Shown here: positions 50,481-60,630 of the stretch, piece by piece
How the letters are laid out: every line of letters begins with the position of its first letter
How positions within the stretch are numbered: position 1 is the first letter of the stretch
Assembly (NCBI GenBank): GCA_040954595.2
Contig: CM082589.2
Span: forward strand, 6,941,186 to 7,005,185
Direction: 5' to 3'
Source of the DNA: Balanoglossus misakiensis
Lineage: Eukaryota > Animalia > Hemichordata
DNA length: 64,000 bases
Notes under the pieces: model-generated
The model's database searches: none
What the model was told of the DNA's origin: nothing
Seen by the model: only the letters and a program-made list of their open reading frames with translations
Translations under genes and position numbers: made by a program

Positions 50481-51114
50481 GAGTCCAGTTTGAGCCGTGT
50501 CTTTTGTCTGGGAATTATTTTGGGAGGCACCCCATTCAGGAATGACCTTTCAGTAGTTTTGTAACAAGAGGCGCTGCCGTGAAGTCCAACATGAATTCAT
50601 AAATCACGCGGCACTGTGGAGAAGTTTAGTCTAGCTGTATCAGTGTATGGATGAGGCTTGGCTTGAGCTGGTCGGTCATCAATCAACCTTTACTGTGCTT
50701 GGCTCAAGGACGTATTTTGTATCGTCTGAACGTATTTAGAAACCTTAGTTGTGTTCGGTTCAGCTAATACAACAGACCAATAAAGATAGTATCCAATACA
50801 CGTAAACGATCCACACACCTCCCTTCTCCTCTAAAAGTGATCCTCTGATTTGAAATGTGGCGGGGGGGGGGGCATGGCGGGGCTTACCCTTTATACAATT
50901 GCTGAGCTATTTTTGGATCGGGTATTTCCATTTAGACTGCCGGCGAGCTGAGCTTCGACGTATGCGCCTCTATTTCGTGAATCTCACCCCCAGTTTTCGA
51001 AAAGGGGGATTTTCTTAGTTGTAAATACGAGGAAGAATTTTCGTAAGTATGCCCACCATAAATTTTGACAAGTTTCGTACTAAGCAGTGGGCTCCCTTAG
51101 CTCATATTGATCAT

Positions 51115-51518
51115 GTTTCACTTTTATGTCCTCTGCCTTTTGTACGGGCCGGTGTCAATTGAAGTCACGTACATTTTTTAAAGACCGGAGAAGCCGGGGC
51201 GTGTTTTTTATTTTATTTTTTTTGATGCCGAAGATTGATTCTTTGATGATAGCCGTGTTTTATTCGCAAAGTCATGTATTCGAAGTATTACACATGTATT
51301 AATCTTTCCTTAGTTTCGTTTCAAGTATTTCATCATCCATATTGTTGCAGTCATTTCGGGGTCACCCTTATTGACTTGAATAACCCCGTTGTATTTTTCT
51401 CATCATTTCCGGTCAACTAAGCAGGGCTGATCATATTGAGACTTTTCTAATGGTGTTTCACTTTATGGAGATAAACGAATGTCCTGCAAAGTTTAAATGA
51501 CCTTTTAAAGAAACGAAA
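51115..51518. promoter_or_regulatory. Cluster of IRF-E/ISRE-type motifs in the putative ROCO first intron
   Basis: GTTTCACTTTT 51115-51125, AGTTTCGTTTC 51312-51322, GTTTCACTTT 51455-51464, GAAACGAAA 51510-51518. Confidence 0.4.
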
Positions 51519-51907
51519 TTTTTACCCCATTTTGTAAAGTCGCTGCAATGGTCCAAAAAAATATATTTCCCATCTTTCCTGCCAATTTTTTTAAAAGCAT
51601 GGTATTGGAATCTGAAATGTTTTCTTGACCTGGGGAAGCTCTCATGAAAATATGCCAATGAATGAATTATATGTATAAGAAAAGAAACTAGTTGGGTTTT
51701 GGTGGGTGGGTGGACAATTTCCATTTGTGGTAGTTTTCTTGTGCATCTTGCAAGTTAAAGGCACACAAAGGCTTGCTTAAATTTTATTAACAAATATTTT
51801 AAAAAGTAAAAAAGTCTATGTACAAAAATTACAAATTATATTTAAAAGATAAAAATATATATATTTCTTTACAGATTTAGTTTCCATGCTCACTTTGGAA
51901 ACAGAAG

Positions 51908-53392
51908 ATGGCAGATGGGAAGGGGTCCCCTGAGGATCCTTTCAAGCAACTTGAGAATGACTTGTTTAAGTTTGAACTACCGGAGCGCAGGCTGTTCTCA
52001 GAGTCACACAGAGAGTATCAAGTCCCTGCTGTATACACAAGCGATGACAGGTGGGGCAGGACTTCGCAGTTCATTTTCGAGGACTGCACGAGCATCCTCA
52101 AGTCTCTGACGGATAAGACGTACTCGCTGACCGTCAAGTGCAAAACCCTGCCGTCGATTCCGGAGTTTATCCGGAGGGACAGGCGGGCGGCCAGGGTGAC
52201 GCAGCTCTTCCTGGCGGTCAACCGGATCAAGGAGATACCCGACGGCATGGGGGCGTTGGTCCAGCTCCGGAACTGCAGCCTGGACCGCAACAAGCTGAGG
52301 TCGCTCAAGAGCGAGTTCGGACTGCTGACTTCCATAGAGAATCTGGACATCGGTAACAATCAGTTCAAGATGGTGCCGAAGGAAATCTTCATGTTGAAAT
52401 CCTTGAGGGTTCTTCGTCTCTCCGTTAACGAAATCGAAGAGTTGCCCACCGGCTTTGCCCAACTCAAGCAGCTGGAGAATCTCCGGATTGGTTCAAATCG
52501 ACTGGAGCGTCTACCGGAAGACTTCGGCGAATGCCACAGTTTGAAGTACTTGAAACTAGCCAGTAATCGCTTCAGGGAGTTCCCGAATGAGATCTTGAAG
52601 TTGCCCAATTTGGAGCAGCTCATGATATCCACCAATAAAATACAGGTGATACCGATGGAGCTTTTCGATAATCGAAAGTTGCAGATGTTTCACGCGGAGG
52701 GGAACCCTCTGCAGCAACCTCCGCTGGCCGTCGTCAGCAAAGGACTCGGCAATATTCGCGAGTACTGGCAGGCGTACAAGAAAGGCGACATCAGAGACGA
52801 CCGTCTACGGGTCTTGTTTCTGGGCGCCACGGGAGCCGGGAAGACGACTCTGTGCCACGCCCTCGTCCGGGGTCCGACGGCCGACGACCCGGAGAGGACG
52901 GTCGGGATAGAGCAGCATCAGTACGAGCTGCGCGACGTGAAGATGACGCTGTGGGACTTCGCCGGGCAGGAACTGTACTACAACACGCACCACGTGTTCA
53001 TCACGTCCGGCGCTCTCGTCATCCTCGTCGTCAACCTGGAGGAGTACAATCGCGACAACTGCAACAACAACGGCAAGAACGTGACAAGTAGTTACGACAC
53101 ACTGGTCGGGATGTGGATCGACCACATCGCCATGCAAGTCCCAAACGCCGTCATTCTGGTCGTGGGCACCCACATGGACAAAGTGGACGATTCTAAACAA
53201 CGGATTGAAGACATCCTGGAAAAAATTCAAAAACATCGGGACACACAAAGAGATAATATGAAGATCAGAATCACACATCTGGAAGAAAGAATTGGTATAT
53301 TGGATAAGGACACAGAGGAAGGTGACCACCAACTTATTCTCATACAAAAGCAGATTGACAACCTGACCAGAATGGCAGAACAAGATCTACAG
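51908..53392 (+). CDS. MFHAS1-like ROCO protein, coding exon 1 (LRRs + ROC GTPase)
   Basis: About 8 LxxLxLxxNxL repeats with a GNPL..PP cap; G1 GATGAGKTT, G2 ERTVGI, G3 WDFAGQ, G4 GTHMD. Acceptor tttctttacag ends at 51874; donor CAG|gtgaat; 1485 nt, phase 0. Confidence 0.92.
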
Positions 53393-53778
53393 GTGAATTA
53401 TTTGTAATATTTTTCAACTGAACAGAACAAAGATGGTGAAAAGTGGTCATTTCTGTCCATCGATGTATGTGTTCCATGTTCATTTCATGGCTGGCTGGGA
53501 ATTCTTTCGCTTTGTCAATGGTGGAGGGCGCCCTCAAGTGGCAAACTTCAGAACATTTCAGATCTAGTACAGACCAGACCCTCACATCACAGTGTCATTG
53601 GAACAGAAACAAAAGGCACCAATGTTCACTCTTTGTACATTCTTGGTAATCTTTCTGCACCAGCCAAACTATCACTGTTTTGCCAGGAAAATAAGTAAGT
53701 TTGTCAGTCAGTTGATGAAATGTGCTTGATACTGGCTTTTAATATTGGCCAACTCTTAGATTTATGTTCTGTTTCCAG

Positions 53779-53986
53779 ATTCAGTTTAAAAGTCCCGTAC
53801 TGGTATGCTCAAAGGAACCACACACAGAAGGTCTCCAGAAGTTCAAAGACACGGTGGTCAGTTTGGCGCTCAACGAAACACTTTTCAAAGACCGAGGCCA
53901 AAATAGACCAAGTTCTTGGAAAGCCACGGAGAGAGTCATCGTGGAAGAACGCAAACCCACAGCAGGTTCTGAGGAAAGCAAGACAG
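53779..53986 (+). CDS. ROCO coding exon 2 (ROC end, COR start)
   Basis: gtttccag acceptor, G|gtaagt donor, 208 nt. IQFKSPVLVCSK...RPSSWKATE. Confidence 0.88.
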
Positions 53987-54400
53987 GTAAGTACAGAGCA
54001 GACCATAAGTGTCCAACATTGGTCAGCTCTTGGCTAACCCAATGCCAACCCAGGTTGGCAAATTTAGCAACTCATTGTCACGTCTTATCAGCATAAAAAA
54101 ATACATAATCAAAAGCAGAGGAGACACCAGGTTACATAATTAGCTGTAGGTATAGTGACAAACTAGCAGACCCATTTTTCGTCTGCTGGGTCAGAGTGAA
54201 AAACTAACCAGCCAGTCCTGTTATTAGCTTGCTAGCCTGTGATTCACTTTGGTTTACCCATTTGTCATCCCTGGAACTGACTGCATCATTGGTGTTGTGT
54301 TGTGTTTGTGATGTGTTGTGTTGTGTTGTGTTCAGTTGTGTCATGTTCTGCTTTGCTGTGTTCACACTCTCTCTCTCTCTCATATCCCCTCCTTGGACAG

Positions 54401-55903
54401 GCATGTGGAATATCCAAGACCTGGTGGCCCGAGTGATGGAAAAAGTACCGGCCATGGAGACTCCGGAACAAGTCTACCCGGTTCTCAAGTACCTGCACAG
54501 TCTTGGGGAGGTGGTTTGGTTCGACGAGGTGGAAGACGTCAAGGAGTGCGTCTTCATCAACCCGGCCGTCTTGATCGACGTCTTCAAGATGGTCATCAAC
54601 GACAAATTGGACAGGACCCTGGACGAGAAGAACTGGCGGGAGATCAAACTCTGCGGCATCACCAAAATACAACTGAAACTCGACCGTCAGAAGTACAAAG
54701 ACGTGGGGCTGATCAGCCACAAGCTTCTGTACATGCTGTGGAGGAAGCTACCGGCCAAGGAGAAGGAAGTGGCCTTCCTGGTGAAGGTTCTGGAACAGTT
54801 TGATCTGTGCTACACAGCAGGGGACATTGGAGTGCACTCGCTGAATGCAGATGCACCTGTTTTTTCGCCCAGCGTCCATACCACCGTCCCAACTAGTGAA
54901 GACATCACACGCAGCCCTTCCGCGGGTGATTTCACTGATCTGGCAGTAGCAGACGAGATGCCGATATCCCCAGTCAGTGACGTCACGCAACCACTGTTCC
55001 AAATGGACTCTCCAGAAGGTCAATACCAGTCAAGTCATCCGTACAGTCAAGTGCTGTATCCGTACCCCGGGCAGGCCTACCCGGCCCCCTTTCATCATCA
55101 TGGGATGTCGCCGCCAGCTGTATACTCAACGTCACCTGGGCCACATGACCAGTTTTATTATCCAAACTACCAGGCACATCCCCAGTATATGTTTGCCAGT
55201 GTCCCAGTTGTACCCACAAATGGATTTCCTAGCCCGCAGCAGTACACGAATCCAGTGCTGCTCCAACAGCAATATCCAAGTCAACAGCTCCCTATCTACC
55301 AAGAACCTCAACACCACCACCACCAACAACAACAACAACATCTACAACAACAACATCTACAACAACAACAACAACAACAGCAGCAGCAGAGCATGGGTGG
55401 AATTCTTAACCCCATGCAAAGCCCACCCCGAGAAGTATTTGTGGGCAGCCCCCAAATGCAAAGCACACCGTCAGTGCCACGAAGTCAACCCAGAGTTTTG
55501 ACGTTGTCCGACGCGAGGTCTGCCGATGAAAGTGATGGAAGCGCGGCCTCCTCTCATGCACAGCACGAAAAGAGACTATCACCACGGAGACCCAGGCGTG
55601 AGAAGACGAAGCTGTACTCCCTCTTCCCCTGCTACCTGCCGGATTCCAGTCAGGCACAGCCGGAGGAGAATCCCCCGAGCTCCGGAGACGACCACCACCG
55701 GATCAGGAACAAAGTGGAACTGTTCCCGGTCATTCCGTGCGGCTTCTTCGAGCGGTTCCAAGTCTGCTGCCACAAGGAAGAGTTGAAGTTCGCCGTCACC
55801 CACATCTGGAAGCACGGGATAAGGCTGACGGCCCAAGGAGTGAACGCTCGGATTCGGAGAGAGGATAACGAGATGCTGATCATGGAGACAAGAAGTGAGA
55901 AAA
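54401..55903 (+). CDS. ROCO coding exon 3 (COR with a long Q/P/Y/S-rich insertion)
   Basis: (CT)n tract then cag acceptor. COR motifs LKYLHSLGEVVWF, VFINP, LEQFDLCY, FPCYLP, IPCGFFERF, HIWKHG. The A|gtaggt donor restores phase with the next exon. Confidence 0.88.
55324..55389 (+). repeat. Coding (CAA/CAG)n polyglutamine tract
   Basis: QQQQQHLQQQHLQQQQQQQQQQ. Confidence 0.9.
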
Positions 55904-56388
55904 GTAGGTGTTTCCCCCATAGGTTTTAACCCTCTCTGCGCCTCCATGCGGTACAGCCCTGTTTGTCTGACTATGGTTGGACCGATACACTATGTTGGAG
56001 GGGGGGGGGGAGCAGTGTTTCATCTAGACAGGGCAATCAGGCAATTCACCCTCTGCTGGCATGTTGGCTCGTCCTGAACGTGGCAATTGGTCAAAGGTGA
56101 CCAGCGCCACGTGAAATGATTTGCCGGAGTGGTGGTGCCATCTTGTATGAAACACTGTTTGTGATTGTGTACAAGCTTCTGTCAACTGCGACAATGTTCC
56201 TGTAATATGACAGTAACATCTAGTGAACTAATACATGTAGTAACCAATATACATCTGTGTCTCTTGCCTGTCTTGGTGTCAAATCAGTTGTGACTAAAAA
56301 CTGTCAACATCTGTATTCAGCTACAGCAGTAGGTATCACATAACCAGTATTTGATTTTCTCACATTTGATGTTGTCTCCTTTTTCCAG

Positions 56389-56578
56389 CGAGTGTCAGTC
56401 TTGGCAACATGTGGTCTGTGATTCTGAAAATCAACGGTTTGATAAACAAGCTGTTGCAACGATGGCCTGGTGTGCGTTCTGACATCTACACAGTGTGTCC
56501 AGTATGTCTAGAGAAAGGCATCGAAGATCCCTTTCTGTTTATCTTGAACTTGCCATTTGAAAAGGAGGCCATTATTCA
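56389..56578 (+). CDS. ROCO coding exon 4 (COR C-terminal part)
   Basis: ttttccag acceptor, CA|gtaagt donor, 190 nt. ...NKLLQRWPGVRSDIYTVCPVCLEKG..., matching the MFHAS1-type LL.EWPGL.....C..C motif. Not in the ORF track. Confidence 0.88.
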
Positions 56579-56822
56579 GTAAGTACATTGTACTTTTAGT
56601 TGTCAGTACCGAAAAAAAGTCCAACATTCAGAAAACTTTGGTGCATAATAAACAAAAGGATTTCAATATTATTCAATAGAGGGCGCAAAGAAGAATTTAC
56701 CTGCCAAGTTTGAATTGGCAAACTCTTGTACCTGTTGTTGACATACAGATTGCCTTGTGGTAAAATAAATGTAAAAGCTGATATTCTTACAATACTCACT
56801 ATAAGCATTGTCATTGCTACAG

Positions 56823-56908
56823 GTATAGCAAGTATCCCGAGCAATGTACTGGAAGTGGTCACTGCGGTCAAATGATAGACTACGAACTAGTCCACCCCAT
56901 TAGCCAAG
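56823..56908 (+). CDS. ROCO coding exon 5
   Basis: ctacag acceptor, G|gtgagt donor, 86 nt, phase 2 to 1. (Q)YSKYPEQCTGSGHCGQMIDYELVHPISQ. Confidence 0.78.
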
Positions 56909-57293
56909 GTGAGTGTCCTCAGTGGATAACAGAACACCTGTCACCCTCTGACGTGTGGTCTTGTCAAATTGTAGTGGGGTTTATATTTACACATTGAACA
57001 GGTAAAATTTGTTAAAAAAGCAATAAAATCTCAAATGTCACACCACAGCCAACTTTGGTAGTTCAGTCATTGACAATGAGAATCAAATAAATCAAAATTA
57101 AATATGGTTGCCTAGGTCACCTAAATATACCTGTACATCTTTACCCAGAAATTTTGTTTTCTTTTGTTCTATATATATGTTAGAATACCAGTGTTCAGAA
57201 TGCAGTAATTTTCTCTGAATTGTGTGCAACGTTTGGTGAGGAATGTAGAACTATAGAAATGATTTCTGTGTGTGTGATTGTTTTATTTTGCAG

Positions 57294-57415
57294 TGGAAAA
57301 CGAAAAACGTGGTGCTATACAGATTAACAACTACTATTTCATCAACAACTGTGAGAATATACAGACTGGCAACGACAGCAGTATGTCCATTGGTACACCA
57401 GAAAAGTCTGTGTAA
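57294..57415 (+). CDS. ROCO last coding exon, with a RHIM-like motif
   Basis: ttattttgcag acceptor, phase 1. (V)ENEKRGAIQINNYYFINNCENIQTGNDSSMSIGTPEKSV*. Total spliced CDS is 3594 nt. Confidence 0.72.
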
Positions 57416-58255
57416 GAACTCCAAGAATGTTTTTCAGCATTTCTGCAAAGGGCCTCGTGTGCAGTGTATCTGATTATGTGCTATAGACAAATGGTATTGT
57501 CTGCCTGTTCAGAATAACAGTTAGGGTTTTCATTTGTTTGGCTGGGGGGGGGGGGGGGGGGGGTTGTGTTCTGTAACTTTAAGAATGCCTTACTGAACTG
57601 TCAGTGATTCTGTGGAACCTGTTTATCCCCAGTGACCAATGGTATGATCCGTCTGGCAATGAGAAAAACAGTAGGAATGTCTCATTTTGTTGGGATATTG
57701 GGAGGGGGACAGAAGACCTTAAATATCGGTGCAGGTGATTTTTGTATCAGAGTCAATATATAATGTAATTTTTATTTTAATAATTTGAGATATAGTAATA
57801 TTATTTTATCATAATTTAATATATTAAAGGCCGGGATTTAAGTTCAGAAACAGATGTTTGGAGTTTGGCTTCAAATAACAGTCTAACATGGTTGAAAGCG
57901 CCACAAACATTTCATATATTATTAAAGATATATTTTGATTTTTGTGCAATGTGATTTTTTAACTCTATTATATTCTAATATGTGCATTTTAGAGCAAATA
58001 TTGGAATGTTTACTTGTTTTTATTGCAATTAAATTAGCTTCACTCTGGTCAGGGACAATCCATCAAGACATAGCAGAGAAGACCATATATAACCCTTGGT
58101 GATGCTTTTGACTTTTGATGGGAATTAAACATTCTGTGAAAGCAAATCAATGTGTTGTTTTCTTTTTTGAAAGATGTATGTACAAATATCCTCTTGGGTC
58201 CTTATGGTTTCACAAGACCACTGATGTCTTCCATTGTGCCCACACACAATCCAAT

Positions 58256-58354
58256 TTAACCGTTTCACCCGCACCACAATGGTTTGGTCCAAACCCATTG
58301 TTTTCTATAGTACTGTTGGACATCTATACAGGAAAATGGGGGTGAAAGGGTTAA
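58256..58354. mobile_element. Short piggyBac-like MITE (TTAA, CC...GG ends)
   Basis: TTAACCGTTTCACCC ... GGGTGAAAGGGTTAA, one mismatch. Confidence 0.65.
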
Positions 58355-60118
58355 TACGCCACAGAAATACAAGTAACCACAGTCTTGTAGAGATATTTAT
58401 TTTTTATGTCATTTAATATGATAGAATTTTCAGTATACATTGTGATGTCTTCTTCATACACAGTACTAAATTAAAACTTATTCTAATATATTTCTTTTAA
58501 AAAGGTTGAGCTAAGTACAAATCAAATTTTTTCATGCACAGAAACCCTTAAACCCATCACTACCAAATTTTGGTAATTTTTTTTCACAAATCTGGTTATT
58601 TTTGTCATTTTTTCCCCTCGCACGACGTGCTTGATAGAACATGGTGGAATGTTGGACTAGTGAGGAGGGTTGTGTTTTTGAATACATCAACTGTTACCAT
58701 GGTTACCTGCAGACAACCCAAACTGAACAGGAGACACACACGGGACAAGGTACAACTGATCTACATCAAGTGGCAACGGTCGCAAAAAACAGCGCACTCC
58801 CCATGATGAGAATACAACCTGTATGCCTGTGCACAAAAACTTGTTTCTAAAATGAAAATGAATGACTATGTCAAAATAATCTACCGGGAAACTACACATT
58901 TTAGCAAATCGCGTAGACAACGATGAAGAATCTTGTTCTTTATGGCTACCAATGTGACAACAATGAAACCTCCAAAGCATCTGTGAAAGACGGGTGCAAA
59001 ATTCAATGTGATTGACACAACTGAAACAATGTCAGTAGACAGTACAGATACCAATCTCAAATTTCATAGTTTTTTTGCTTTATATTTTGACATCTGAGGG
59101 TCACTTCGTCTGTCCTAATAGGAAAGTAATTTTCAGATATTGAAAGTCAGCTTTATGACGACCATCATATGGTAAGCAGACAACAAATATCACATCTTTT
59201 TTTTCAGATATAAAGTCGATTGAAGAGAGTTGCCGCCTAATGGAGACCAGTTGTAAACAAAGTTATACAGAAATCGTACAACAAAACACATCAGAGGCAA
59301 AACTCGCAGTCGTAAATCTCTGTGGACTTATTGAGTTGATATTTGAAAAGTAGTGGTACTGTTCAGTTAGTGAAAACCTAAAATACCCACAGTGCAGCTT
59401 CGGGTGTTACTATTCTTGAATTAATGAGTCTTGCACTTGCAGGCTTTCCACCACAGGAAATCCAAGATAGGTCTTCCAACTGCTAAATTACGCCACGATA
59501 ATTTCAAACATGCGAAACAATGTCAATACTGCCAGCAAATCTTATATCACCATATGCAAAATTTTAAGACCAATTGGCAGTCATGTGAGTTGGTAAAATG
59601 AGAGCTTATTATACATAGGCAGAGTTTCGCGCCTGAGATTTAGCCGAGAAATTTTTCATGCGGGGAAAAAAATCAGCTCTATATTTCTATCGAGGTTTGA
59701 TATTAATTAAAGAAAGAGCATCATGATGTACTGAGCTTCTAAGATTTCACATCCTGCTAGCAATGCACGGTGTTTCACGGATTTCATCGACCATCTGCAA
59801 TTCAAGACAGCTAGTTAACTGAGGCTGAGATGTACATGCTTCCTACAACCCCCATTTTCACAATGCCAAGTTCCACGCTCACCACTGAAACAACTGGGTT
59901 AATCCAACGTCTGGTGGTAAAACAGGTGAAAGCTCCCACCAGACTTATGTATGCATTTGGCAGGAAAATCCATAGTCCTCAGATTTTTACAGATATCTTA
60001 CACGATTCTCACTATGTACAACAGAGGGTGCACCAGGACTGAATATCAGTTCATAGAAGCATCTGAATGTTGCAGCGCCCTCCTGTGTTCTGTGTGTGTG
60101 TCTACAACAGCAGCAACT

Positions 60119-60180
60119 TCACGTTTTTGGCTCCTTCGCTCTTCGTCTCTTCTGCGGCGGCGGGAGTGGGTCACAAATAT
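60119..60180 (-). CDS. Last coding exon of a large acidic low-complexity protein (basic NLS-like tail)
   Basis: ttctctccttgcag acceptor, phase 1 matching the donor at 60631. (D)ICDPLPPPQKRRRAKEPKT*. Confidence 0.72.
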
Positions 60181-60630
60181 CTGCAAGGAGAGAAAACGAA
60201 AAAGAAGATGTCAATTGGTCATCTCTTCAGAGTCAAGGTCTTGACATATTTTTAGTACACTTTTCCAGCCATTTTGTCTGGGTATCAACTGCAGTTTCCT
60301 GTTCAACTCCATGTAGCATAATACCGAGTCTTCAACCCTTTTTCTGCCAGGATTGTTATGCACCACCTTGCTTAGTAGTTAAAATGCATTATTGACCCTT
60401 TTTTCCACTTTAACCTGTTTTAAATATTTTGGCATGGCTCACATACAGAATTTGACGAACTTGGACATAGCCTGGAGTTTACCCCTCCCCCCCCCCCCTC
60501 TCCATATGAGCCACCCATATTTGGCAGATTAACAGGCCTGGGTGCTGGAAGTTTTAACCCACCTGTAAATCAAACCAGTTGCATCTGATTCAGCAGGATA
60601 AGGGTTAACCTGTTTATATTATAATCTTAC

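Noticed and set aside
54229-54400. Cys/Val-rich N-terminus of the 566-aa ORF
   Set aside because: Intronic (TGTGT)n/(CT)n repeat upstream of the true acceptor at 54400.
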